From the NCBI GenBank assembly GCA_963823665.1, contig CAWGMQ010000008.1, forward strand, positions 1,056,001 to 1,120,000: a stretch of 64,000 nt of DNA, written 5' to 3'. The position numbers and the translations under genes were made by a program. This DNA comes from an uncultured Planctomycetota bacterium. GTDB lineage: Bacteria; Planctomycetota; Planctomycetia; Isosphaerales; Isosphaeraceae. The notes under the pieces are model-generated. The model worked only from the letters and a program-made list of their open reading frames with translations, made no database searches and was not told the DNA's origin. Shown in pieces: positions 53,222 through 62,690 of this stretch; the stretch's first letter is position 1; each line of letters begins with the position of its first letter.

Positions 53222-54424
53222 ATGATTTCCCGTCGCGACTTACTGCGGCGATCCACGTTGATTTCGCTTGCTCCCACTGTCCCAGGCTTTCTCGCCCGCA
53301 CCGTGAGCGCTGCCCAGCCGAAACGCGAAGCGCGAATTCTGGTGATCGTTCAGCTTGACGGCGGCAACGACGGAATCAACACGGTCGTCCCGTACAAGGA
53401 CGAAGGGTACAAGAAGAATCGGCGCGATCTTCGCCTGACTTCAAGCGAGCTGATCACGCTCGACGAGCGAGCCGGCGTGGGGCTCAATCCTGCTTTGCGA
53501 CCGATGAGCAAGCTCTACGAAGACGGGCATCTTGCCGTCATTCAGGGCGTCGGCTATCCCAACCCGAGCCGCTCTCATTTCGAGTCGATGGCGATCTGGC
53601 ATTCGGCGCGGACCGATGCGCAGGGCCGTGACGGCTACGGTTGGCTGGGACGGAGCCTCGATACGGCCCCGCGCCCGGCCGCCGGTGCACCGGCGGCCAT
53701 CTTTCTCGCTCGGTCGGAGCTCCCGCTTGCCATTCGCGGCCGTCGAGCCGTGGCGACGGCGATGACCACGCCCGAGGATTTCACGCTAAAACTCCAGGCC
53801 GATCCCCGAGGACAAGGCACCGGTGGCTCGACCAGCTCGGTGACCTCTTTCGTCGAGCGCAGCGCGCTCGACGCCTACGCGTTCGCGGATCAGATGGCGG
53901 CGATGTCGAGACGAGCGAGCACGAGCGTGAATTACCCCCGCACCGCGCTGGCCGAGCGCCTGAGCCTGGTCGCGGGCCTCATTCGCGCGGGCCTGGGCAG
54001 TCGAGTCTACTACGCCATCCAACCCGGTTACGACACTCACAGCGTGCAGATCGCTCGCCACGCGGATTTGCTGGCGGAGCTCGCCGGGGCCATTCGCGCG
54101 TTTCACGACGATCTCACCGCGGCCAAGCTCGAGGACCGCGTGGCTGTTCTGTGCTTCAGCGAGTTCGGCCGCCGGGTCGAGGAAAACGGCTCGAGCGGCA
54201 CCGACCACGGCACCGCCGGGCCGGTTTTCCTGGCCGGCTCGCACGTGCGCGGCGGCCTTGCTGGAACGCCGCCCAGCCTGGTGGATCTTGACTCGGAAGG
54301 GGACCTGAAAATGACGGTCGACTTCCGGCGCGTTTATGCGTCGCTGCTGGAAGATTGGCTAGAAATCCCGTGCAAAGCGGTGCTCGGAAGCTCGTACGAA
54401 CGCCTGCCGCTGTTCAAAGCGTGA
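53222..54424 (+). CDS. DUF1501 family protein (Tat signal)
   Basis: SRRDLL, GGNDGINTVVP, GVGYPNPSRSHF, YDTH and SEFGRR..ENGS.GTDHG. Confidence 0.92.
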   Translation: MISRRDLLRRSTLISLAPTVPGFLARTVSAAQPKREARILVIVQLDGGNDGINTVVPYKDEGYKKNRRDLRLTSSELITLDERAGVGLNPALRPMSKLYEDGHLAVIQGVGYPNPSRSHFESMAIWHSARTDAQGRDGYGWLGRSLDTAPRPAAGAPAAIFLARSELPLAIRGRRAVATAMTTPEDFTLKLQADPRGQGTGGSTSSVTSFVERSALDAYAFADQMAAMSRRASTSVNYPRTALAERLSLVAGLIRAGLGSRVYYAIQPGYDTHSVQIARHADLLAELAGAIRAFHDDLTAAKLEDRVAVLCFSEFGRRVEENGSSGTDHGTAGPVFLAGSHVRGGLAGTPPSLVDLDSEGDLKMTVDFRRVYASLLEDWLEIPCKAVLGSSYERLPLFKA

Positions 54425-54485
54425 TTCGGGGTCATCGAGGTGCAATTGACCGATTCCGCTGGCGCGGTTACAAGAAGCGCGGCGA

Positions 54486-55367
54486 GTGTCGACACCGACG
54501 GCAAGGAGCAACACAGTGATCACGCCGCCAGGATGGTTGAAGCGGTTAGCGATGGAACCGCCGTTCAGGCTGTTTGTGTGCGCCATGTTGAAGCACCTGC
54601 CTGTCTCCGTTTCCACTCGCGAATTCTGGGATATCTCTGCCCGCCCGGCATACCTCGTGGGCGTGCTTTACGCAGCCAGGCGGGCGCTTCGCGAGCACAC
54701 GCGCGAGATCTCCGTGATCGAGTTCGGAGTGGCGGGGGGCGAGGGACTGCTTGCCCTGGAGCGAGAAGCGGAAGCGGTCGAGAAGGAGCTGGGTATCTCG
54801 ATCAAGGTTTACGGCTTTGACAACGGGCCGGCCGGTCTGCCGGCATTCATCGGCGACCATCGCGACCACCCCGACAAGTGGAAACCCGGTGACTTCCCGA
54901 TGGACGAGGCCCTGCTGCGCTCGAAGCTCTCGCCGCGCACCACGCTCGTCCTCGGCAACGTCGAGGACACGGTGCCCTGTTTCTTCGACGATCCGCGCGT
55001 CCCGCCGGTGGGATTCATCGCCTTCGACCTCGACCTCTATTCCTCAACCGCCAGTGCGCTGCGCGTCCTGAGCATGCCCGGGGGCCGGTCGCTGGACCAT
55101 GTTGCCCTCTACTTCGATGACACCGAGCACTCCATCAGCCACCACTTGGCGGGTGAGCTGCTGGCGATCGATGAGTTCAATCAGAGCCACTCCCACGTCA
55201 CGATCGACCGCTGGCGCGGCATCACGAACGACCGGCCGTTCCCGGATGCCTCGTTCTTGCAAAAGATGTACATGGCGCACAACCTCGACGCGATCTCATC
55301 GCGGGTTCTCGACCGGGAGCGGTTACATCGCTCGCTCGGAACACGTCAGCCAATCACCCCGTCGTGA
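54486..55367 (+). CDS. TylF/MycF/NovP-like methyltransferase-fold protein
   Basis: IEFGVAGG, YGFD...GLP, GNVEDT, FDLDLYSST, YFDD and GELLAIDEF. Confidence 0.7.
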   Translation: MSTPTARSNTVITPPGWLKRLAMEPPFRLFVCAMLKHLPVSVSTREFWDISARPAYLVGVLYAARRALREHTREISVIEFGVAGGEGLLALEREAEAVEKELGISIKVYGFDNGPAGLPAFIGDHRDHPDKWKPGDFPMDEALLRSKLSPRTTLVLGNVEDTVPCFFDDPRVPPVGFIAFDLDLYSSTASALRVLSMPGGRSLDHVALYFDDTEHSISHHLAGELLAIDEFNQSHSHVTIDRWRGITNDRPFPDASFLQKMYMAHNLDAISSRVLDRERLHRSLGTRQPITPS

Positions 55368-55608
55368 TCGCCGAAGGCGATGAGCCGGCAGCAAGCTCCT
55401 CGAGCCGAACCACGTGCGCAAGGGCCAAATGCTCCGATCGTTCGGCGACTTCTTCCGAAGCCGTCGGCATCGGCAGGATCACACGCGTGCGCAAAACAAG
55501 CGCCTGGTCGGGATGACGCACATCGAACCTCCGACCGTCCGTGGCAAAAATGCGGAATGGAACGAACGGGCAACGGCGCAACAAATCGTAAAAATCCTGC
55601 GGGCGCAT
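55354..55608 (-). CDS. Small hypothetical protein (84 aa)
   Basis: LRRCPFVPFRI..TDGRRFDVRHPD pattern, of a kind often seen in planctomycete small proteins. Confidence 0.75.
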   Translation of the reverse strand: MRPQDFYDLLRRCPFVPFRIFATDGRRFDVRHPDQALVLRTRVILPMPTASEEVAERSEHLALAHVVRLEELAAGSSPSAITTG

Positions 55609-55696
55609 GTCGCAACCTGTTATTGCGAGGTTTTTCGCGATCGAACGCGAATACGACTATGGTACCATGGCAAAGTCGTCACGCCAAATCGTTTTC

Positions 55697-57565
55697 TCAC
55701 CTCGACCCGCCCACACCGCGAGGCGGCAATCGCTTCTCGAGCTCCTGAACCTTCTTCTCGAGCTCGTTCAACCGCCGTAGAATCGCCGGCGCGTCGAGCT
55801 TCTCGTGGTCGGGCGTCTTCAGATCGATTTCCGCTTGCAGGCGCCGGAGTTTGATCCCTTTGAGGTCGGCCTCACTCAAACTCCCGGCCTTGTGAAGCTC
55901 CGTCGCCGCCTTTTCGAGTGCTTGAATCCGTTTGAGCGAGCTTTCCTTGATCGCGCCCAAAGGCCGCGCCGGATTTCCTGCCCGGATCTCGGCGTTCTCG
56001 AGCGCGTCACAGGCCTCGATCACATCGGCGAACGGCAGCTCGCCCTCGACGTGCTGCTTGCATTTAATTTCGAATCGTTCGAGCGCCAGCCGCACCAGTT
56101 CCTCTTTCTTGCCAGCCAGCTCGTCAGCCGCCGCAATCTTCGCCGGATCAGTTGGCAAACTCGGAATCGTCAGTTCCGACTGCCGCACGCGGATCGGCTG
56201 CTCCTCGGACGCCGCCAGATCCAATTCCGCTTCCATACGCCGCACTTTGATCGCCATCGAATCAGAGCGCTTCGCACTTCCCTCTTTCATACGGACGTCC
56301 ATGATTTGATCCAGTCGCTCGAACCGCTTGAGCGAGCGCTCCTTCACTTCTCGTCGCGCCGCCGGGTTATTCGCGGCCCTCAGCTCGACCCGATCCAGCT
56401 CAAGGCCGGCGTCGATCAACGTCTCGACAGATATCTCACCTCCTTCAAACGACTGCCGCACCAGCTCGTAACGCTGTCTGGCGATTTCAACCAATTCCTG
56501 CATCTGCCGATCGAGTGCGTCGTTCTTCAAGAATGCGCCACCGTTCGGACTCGGTCCTTTCTTCTCTTCGACCGAAATCTCCTTCGTCTGCGCCTGTTGA
56601 GCTTGCGACACGCGAACAATCGTATAGCCGCCGCCAACGGTTAAGGATGCCAGCGACAAAACCACCGTGGCCATCACCGTCAGCTTCTTGAGCGTCATCA
56701 TCTTGAGCACTCCCTCCGCAAGAGCCACTGAACTCGCCGGAACAACCGTCATGCCAGAGATTGATACATCCGCGCTCTGCGCCGCGAGTTTCACAACAAG
56801 CGTCGCCACACCCTCGGGAATCGCAGTCGCCGGACCGCCGGCGAGCGCCCCGGCCAAAAGCGAAGCGCTTGCCTCCTCGCCCGCCAGCCAAGCCCCCAAA
56901 AGCCCAACCACCGCCGGCGTTGCCAGGCCGCGCCGGCTAAGCCGCCCGCGAAGCTTGTCCCTTCCTCGCGAAAGCCGGCTCCGCACTGTTCCGACCGGCC
57001 AGCTCAACGACGCGGCTGCCTCGTCATGAGTCAAGCCTTCCATGTAGCACAGCACGATCGGTGCGCGATATTTCTCCGGCAAACGGCTGATTTCCTGGTG
57101 CACGGCCTCCGCGGTTTCCGCCCGTTCGATCGCGCAGGACGTGACCCCGCGCGCTCCGTTTGCTTCGAGAAGCTGGGCCGCTGCCGCTGCATCCGTGCGA
57201 CGCTCGCGCACGCGATGCCGGATCGCATTGGCTTTCGTGCGGTTTGCCACGCGCACAGCCACACCGTGGAGCCAGCTTCCCAGCGACTCGCGTTTCCGGA
57301 TCGCGCTCGCCCGCCGCGCAAGCACCAGGAAAACCGCTTGCCACGCGTCGTGGACATCACCCGGATCATCGAGGATCTGCCGGCACACCCGCTCGACCAT
57401 CGGCCCATGGCGCTTGACGAGCAGCTCGAACGCCAGCTCGCCAGCCTGAACATGCGCGGCCAGGAACCGCGCGAGCAGTTGCCCATCCGTGAGCGCGGAG
57501 CAGGTCCCCGCGCCCCAGAGCAGCTCCAAGGCCTCAACATATGGTCGCGCCGATGCACGCCTCAT
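55697..57565 (-). CDS. ECF sigma-70 factor with TM helix and helical repeat C-terminal extension
   Basis: DGQLLARF, AFELLVKRHGPMV, DAWQAVFLVL and LCYMEGLTHDEAA..L.WPVGTVRSRLSRGR. Confidence 0.9.
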   Translation of the reverse strand: MRRASARPYVEALELLWGAGTCSALTDGQLLARFLAAHVQAGELAFELLVKRHGPMVERVCRQILDDPGDVHDAWQAVFLVLARRASAIRKRESLGSWLHGVAVRVANRTKANAIRHRVRERRTDAAAAAQLLEANGARGVTSCAIERAETAEAVHQEISRLPEKYRAPIVLCYMEGLTHDEAAASLSWPVGTVRSRLSRGRDKLRGRLSRRGLATPAVVGLLGAWLAGEEASASLLAGALAGGPATAIPEGVATLVVKLAAQSADVSISGMTVVPASSVALAEGVLKMMTLKKLTVMATVVLSLASLTVGGGYTIVRVSQAQQAQTKEISVEEKKGPSPNGGAFLKNDALDRQMQELVEIARQRYELVRQSFEGGEISVETLIDAGLELDRVELRAANNPAARREVKERSLKRFERLDQIMDVRMKEGSAKRSDSMAIKVRRMEAELDLAASEEQPIRVRQSELTIPSLPTDPAKIAAADELAGKKEELVRLALERFEIKCKQHVEGELPFADVIEACDALENAEIRAGNPARPLGAIKESSLKRIQALEKAATELHKAGSLSEADLKGIKLRRLQAEIDLKTPDHEKLDAPAILRRLNELEKKVQELEKRLPPRGVGGSR

Positions 57566-57781
57566 CGTCACCAATCCAGACTACCACTCGTTCGTTCTCA
57601 TTCATAGTGCACCAGAGACCGGGCGGCCAATCCAGGTTTCTTCATCAGAACTCGGCGGTCGTCACCATAATTCGCGGCTTCCTTAATGATCTGTTGCCGC
57701 AATCATTCAGGAAATCGGGAATAATCGTTGGATCGGCCGCACTATACTCGTGAGACATCGAAAGGACGGGAGGTTGCCGCC

Positions 57782-59563
57782 ATGGCCGGCCGATCGACGA
57801 ACGCGACTTTGCTGCGAGACGTCCGCACGATCTTTGAATTCGGCGTGGCTCGAGATGTCTCCGATCGCGAGCTGCTTGACCGGTTCTTGTTCGCCGATCG
57901 CGCCGTGGCCGAGGCTGCTTTCACTTTCCTGGTCGAGCGCCATGGGCCAATGGTCCTCTCCGCATGCGGGCAGTTCCTGGATGATCCGTACGACGTCGAA
58001 GACGCCTTCCAGGCCACATTTCTGGTCTTCTTGCGCCGGGCACATTCAATCCGGAAGCGTGATTCACTTGCCAGTTGGCTCTTCGGAGTCGCCACGCACG
58101 TGGCGCGCCGGCGCGAAGCGGCGCAACGGCACGGCGAATCCATGAGCGACAGGCCGGCGAGCTCGCCCTCGCGTACCGGGAGCGCACAAGCGGACACTCC
58201 GACAGGCTGGCAGCATTGCACGAGGAGATTGCACGACTTCCGGAGCGGTACCGAGAGCCGATCGTGCTCTGCCATCTCGAAGGTTTATCCACAGCGGCCG
58301 CGGCGGGCCGGCTGGGCTGCGCCCACGGGACGGTTCTTTCCCGGCTGGCGCGCGCTCGCGGCCGCTTGCGCCGCTCGTTGACACGGCGAGGGCGATTGGA
58401 ATTCGCGGGGCCGGTTGCTCGCGGCTGGTTCCCGTCAAAACTTACGGTGACGTTGCCTGCCCGGCTCGTGAAGTCGACCGTCCAGGCTGCGGTGGATGGT
58501 GCATCCGTTCGCACGGCGTCCGGGGCGATCCTCTCGCACACGGTCACCGCGCTGGCTCAAGCGACCTTGAGGACTCTATTCATGACTCGAATGACACTCG
58601 GGGCGGCTCTCCTCGCGACGGCCGCCGTCTGCACGGCGACGACGGTTTCGTTCCTCCCGTTTCCAGTAAGGGGCGGCTCATCCGCGGTGGCCGCCGTCGC
58701 GAGCGCCCCGCAGAATTCCGCAGAAAAGCTCGCGCCACACGAGCAAAAGGGTCTTCGGCCTCAGGAAATCAGAGACGCCTTGTACAAGATTCTCAGGCGC
58801 GATCACGCGCTGCGAGATCCGCGCTGGCCGTTTCTCATCACGGTCCGCGATGTCGAGGGAGATACGCTCATTGACGCAACATTCCGGCATCGGACCAAAG
58901 GGGACCACCGCGAGATGGACCTGGTGATCCAGGCCAAACGTGCGATCCTTCATGTCGATCTTACGGGCAAGGCGGTCTACGCGATTCTCGAAGAGCACGA
59001 GTACCAGGGGATCGCGCCGATCGACAGCAGAGACGTTCTGATACTTGACCAGGTTCTGAAAATCCCGGTTCCGCCCGGCAACCCATTCGGGGCCGATGAG
59101 CGTGTGCCCGCCAAGCCGGCCTTATCGCCGCAAGAACAAGCGGTGCTCGCTGCGGAGTGTCTCCGCCGCGTCAAGGAAACCCACGGAACCGAGAATGTCT
59201 GGGCCGTCGCCGGCTATCGGATTGGTGCCCGCGCTCTCAAAGAGCTGCGGCTGCCTCGTCACGCCGAGTCCCTCCTGGTGATCCATCGTTTCCCGCATGA
59301 AGCCTACGCCGTCATGGCCGATGGCCTCCAGGCTGCGACCGGTGCCAGTGCGGGCAAACGAAACCTTCGTCTGGAAGAGGCCGTGCAGGTCAACGCTGCG
59401 CACGGTGATCGAAGAGACGAACACCGGCCGCAGCCTCACATTCGTGCTCAAACCGGAATTCGTGAAGTCATTCCTCGGCGCGCCCGGGGAATTCCTCGTC
59501 ACCGAGGCCAGGCGCGTCGCATCACTTCCCGACGACGCGATTTTCGAGGTCAGGACCGATTGA
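57782..59563 (+). CDS. ECF sigma-70 factor fused to a C-terminal FmdE-like domain (frameshifts near 58110 and 59385)
   Basis: DRELLDRF, HGPMV, DAFQATFLV, LCHLEG, then HG....AVAGYRIG..ALKEL...ADGLQAATGAS.GK.NL ... LPDDAIF. Confidence 0.8.
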
Positions 59564-59746
59564 CCTGGGTCGTGGCGGCACACCTGGTAATCACTGCCCC
59601 CCAGCCCCATCCCGTCCACTCAGATTGCGATTGCACCGCCGCCCCGCGCGTGCGAATATGACAACCGTCAGACGTGTGTGGTCTCAGCGCTCGCCAGCGG
59701 TGATCCGGTCGTGGACTAAGCTCGGGCGATATCGCGGGAGGTATCG

Positions 59747-62167
59747 GTGAGCATTCGAGCCCGATGGCGCGTCGGCGTTGGCCCCGTCTTCGTCTACGAC
59801 TGCCTGACCTCCTCGAGGCGCTGGCAGGGTTACGCGATGCGCGCGGGGTTTCTGCTGCTCCTCTTGATCACGCTGCTGGTGATCTGGAACGGAAGCCGTC
59901 CGCTGGAGCGCTTGAGCGCGATCCGCGGCATGGCCAGGCTCGGCGAGTCGTTTTTCCTCGGGTTCGTCGGCATGCAGTTGACCCTGGTCTTGCTCGCGGC
60001 CCCGGCCGCGACCGCGGGCTCGATTTGCCTTGACCGCGCTCGCGGCACGCTGACCCACATGCTCGTGACCGACCTCTCGAGCGCCGAGATCGTCCTGGGA
60101 AAGCTGGCTGCGCGACTGGTTCCGGTCCTGGGGCTCCTCGCCTGCGCGCTCCCTTTGATGGAGATCCTCGCTCTTGTCGGCGGGCTCGATCCCAATGCGC
60201 TGCTCGGGGCCTTCGTCGTGGCCATCGGCATCGCCGTGCTGGGCTCGAGTCTCGCCCTCTTCTTTTCACTCTGGGTGGGCAAGACTCATGAGGCCATTCT
60301 CGGTACGTACGCCGTGTGGGGGTTATGGCTCTTGTGGACGCCAATCATATCGATTGTCGGGGCTCTGTTTCCCCAGGCGTTTTTCTTCGTGCCTCCGCGC
60401 TCGGCCGATCCGTTCTGGCTGTCTTTCGCACCTTATCGGGCACCGAGATTGGTGGCGTGGCAAGACTATGCATCGTTCCTCGAGGTTACGCTGGCCGTCT
60501 CGGCGATGTTGGTGGCCATCGCAGTTTTCCGGCTGCGCGCGATCGTCACCCGCGATTCCCTCAAACGCCGGTCTTCGCGATCCATGCTCGAGCGCCTCGT
60601 CGAGCGCTTGGCCCGGGGCCGCCGCTTGCCGAGGCCGTCGCTGGATTGGAACCCGGTTTTCTGGAGGGAATGGCATCGGGGCAAGCCGTCGCGCATGTCG
60701 CTGGCGATCGTCGCGCTCTATTTCGCGCTCGCCACGACCTTCAGCTTGACCACGGTCGCTTTCCGGGGCACGGCGGCCGCGCCCTGGGTCAACGGCTTCC
60801 AGGTGAGCGTGGGCCTGCTGATTCTCAGCGTCATCGCAGCCGTCTCGCTCGCCGAGGAGCGGGCGCGCGGTAGTCTCGACCTGCTCTTGACGACGATGAT
60901 TTCGACCCGGCAAATCGTCCTGGGCAAGTGGCTCGGCACCTACCGCACCGTACCGATATTTGCCGTATTGCCGGTGATTGTTTCCTTCGGGTTGGCTTAC
61001 GACCGGCCCGAGCGATGGACCGATGTCGTGGTCTTGATCGTCTACATATTCTTCTCAGGCGCCGCGATCACGAGCCTCGGGCTCGCGATGGCCACCTGGT
61101 TCTCTCGCGTCGGCAGCGCGGTGGCCGCGACGGTATCGATCTATCTCGCCATTACCGTCGGATCGTTCTTCGTGGTAGCGACGGTCGGACCAGCCGGCGA
61201 AGGGCTCCTGATGGGCAGCCCGTTCGCCTGGGCACTCCTCGTGACGATCAAAACCATCGACAGTCGCTCCCGGTTCGATGAAGTCGCGCCATGGGCCATC
61301 ATCTGGCTGTTCATCATGGCGATCGCTGCAGTCGCCTTGCTGATCGCCACACTGGCGGCCTTCGACCGCAAGCTCGGCCGCGGAGAGAGCGCTTCATCGC
61401 GGCTGATGAACGGAATCTTCACGCGCCGCGAGCAAGTATACCGGGGCGTATTCCTGGTGATCGCGGCGATTGCGACGGTCGCCACAATTTACGGTGGACC
61501 CAGATCCGACTTCGCCTTCGTGGTCAACGGCACGCAGGTCTTGATCGGCCTGCTCCTGGCGGCGATCGCAGCCACCAATTCCACCGCTCGCCAGTTCGAG
61601 CGCGACTCCATGGCGCCGCCGGTTTGGATCGGCCAGCCGCCTCTCAAGACTGTGCTCGCAAACTGGCTGGGCCCTTGCCGGCTGGTGGCACTGATGGCGC
61701 TTCTAGCCACTCTGGTGGTTGTCGTGCGCTGGAAACCCGGCGCTCTACCCTTCATGCGAATCTGGCTCGTTCCCGCATACATCATGTTTGCCGGCGCAGC
61801 GTGGTGCGCCTTCGGCGTAGCCGTGGGCATGCGATTCACTCGTCGGACAGCCCTGCTCTTGCTTGCGGCGGCCTACGCGCTCGCTCTGATCGGCGCACCC
61901 ATCGCGGCGGTGCCGTTCCTCGACAGCGGCCCGTCGCAGTTGCTCATGGCGGCAAGCCCGATAGTGGCGGTGTCCCTGCTGACAATGCATCAGAGCGGCG
62001 GGGCTCCGCCCGGCTTAGAGATTCTTGACGGGGCGCTTGCCGCAACCGCACTGCACGCGGCTGCGATCCCAATCCTGCTCACTCTCGCGGTGTTCGTCCT
62101 CGAGCGGCGCGGCGCTCGCAATCCGACGACCGCCGTGCCCGGGCCTGCCCCGGTCTCTGCCGCCTGA
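59747..62167 (+). CDS. ABC-2-type permease-like membrane protein (806 aa, internally repeated)
   Basis: GPVFVYD, AGSICLDRARGTL..MLVTDLS..EIVLGKL and SLAEERARGSLDLLLTT....IVLGKW. Confidence 0.85.
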   Translation: MSIRARWRVGVGPVFVYDCLTSSRRWQGYAMRAGFLLLLLITLLVIWNGSRPLERLSAIRGMARLGESFFLGFVGMQLTLVLLAAPAATAGSICLDRARGTLTHMLVTDLSSAEIVLGKLAARLVPVLGLLACALPLMEILALVGGLDPNALLGAFVVAIGIAVLGSSLALFFSLWVGKTHEAILGTYAVWGLWLLWTPIISIVGALFPQAFFFVPPRSADPFWLSFAPYRAPRLVAWQDYASFLEVTLAVSAMLVAIAVFRLRAIVTRDSLKRRSSRSMLERLVERLARGRRLPRPSLDWNPVFWREWHRGKPSRMSLAIVALYFALATTFSLTTVAFRGTAAAPWVNGFQVSVGLLILSVIAAVSLAEERARGSLDLLLTTMISTRQIVLGKWLGTYRTVPIFAVLPVIVSFGLAYDRPERWTDVVVLIVYIFFSGAAITSLGLAMATWFSRVGSAVAATVSIYLAITVGSFFVVATVGPAGEGLLMGSPFAWALLVTIKTIDSRSRFDEVAPWAIIWLFIMAIAAVALLIATLAAFDRKLGRGESASSRLMNGIFTRREQVYRGVFLVIAAIATVATIYGGPRSDFAFVVNGTQVLIGLLLAAIAATNSTARQFERDSMAPPVWIGQPPLKTVLANWLGPCRLVALMALLATLVVVVRWKPGALPFMRIWLVPAYIMFAGAAWCAFGVAVGMRFTRRTALLLLAAAYALALIGAPIAAVPFLDSGPSQLLMAASPIVAVSLLTMHQSGGAPPGLEILDGALAATALHAAAIPILLTLAVFVLERRGARNPTTAVPGPAPVSAA

Positions 62168-62378
62168 CACGGTCGTTATCGGGCCGGTTCGTACTATCGC
62201 TTCGGCGCGGCACGACAGCAGCGACACCCTCCACGCGGTCATCCGGTCCTGGCACAACTCCGGTGAAAGCAGCGGGAGATCAGTCGGATCAGTGGCCGGT
62301 CTGGGAAAAACCCTCTGCTGCGAGGATAATGGCGAAATCGACCTACGCAACGGCGTCAAGCGAACTGAGGAACGGCCC

Positions 62379-62621
62379 AAGACGAAAACGATTCACGGCA
62401 AGACCCACGGCAAGACGATCGAACTGAACGAGGACCTTGGTGTGGCCGAGGGCCAGGAGGTCGAGGTCCAGGTGACGATCGTCCAACCGGCCCGGAAATG
62501 GGGCGAAGGCATTCTGCGGACGGCCGGCGCCCTCGCTGACGACCCCGAGTGGGATCGGATCATGGAGCAGATCTACCAGGACCGAAAGTTGAACCGGCGT
62601 CCCCAGGTGGAGGAGGGATGA
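62379..62621 (+). pseudogene. Antitoxin-like protein (AbrB/DUF104-like N-terminus); start codon appears as AAG
   Basis: GAGGA RBS, then AAG ACG AAA ACG ATT CAC ([28 protein letters not shown]...[21 protein letters not shown]). Confidence 0.6.
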
Positions 62622-62660
62622 CGCATCTCCTGGACACCAATATCTGTTTAGCCCATCGAC
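62618..62660 (+). pseudogene. Truncated VapC (PIN) toxin remnant
   Basis: ATGA overlap. MTHLLDTNICLAH is the canonical PIN N-terminus, and similarity stops after about 13 codons. Confidence 0.65.
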
Positions 62661-62690
62661 AACCACCCCGAATTGGCAGAGATACGTCTG

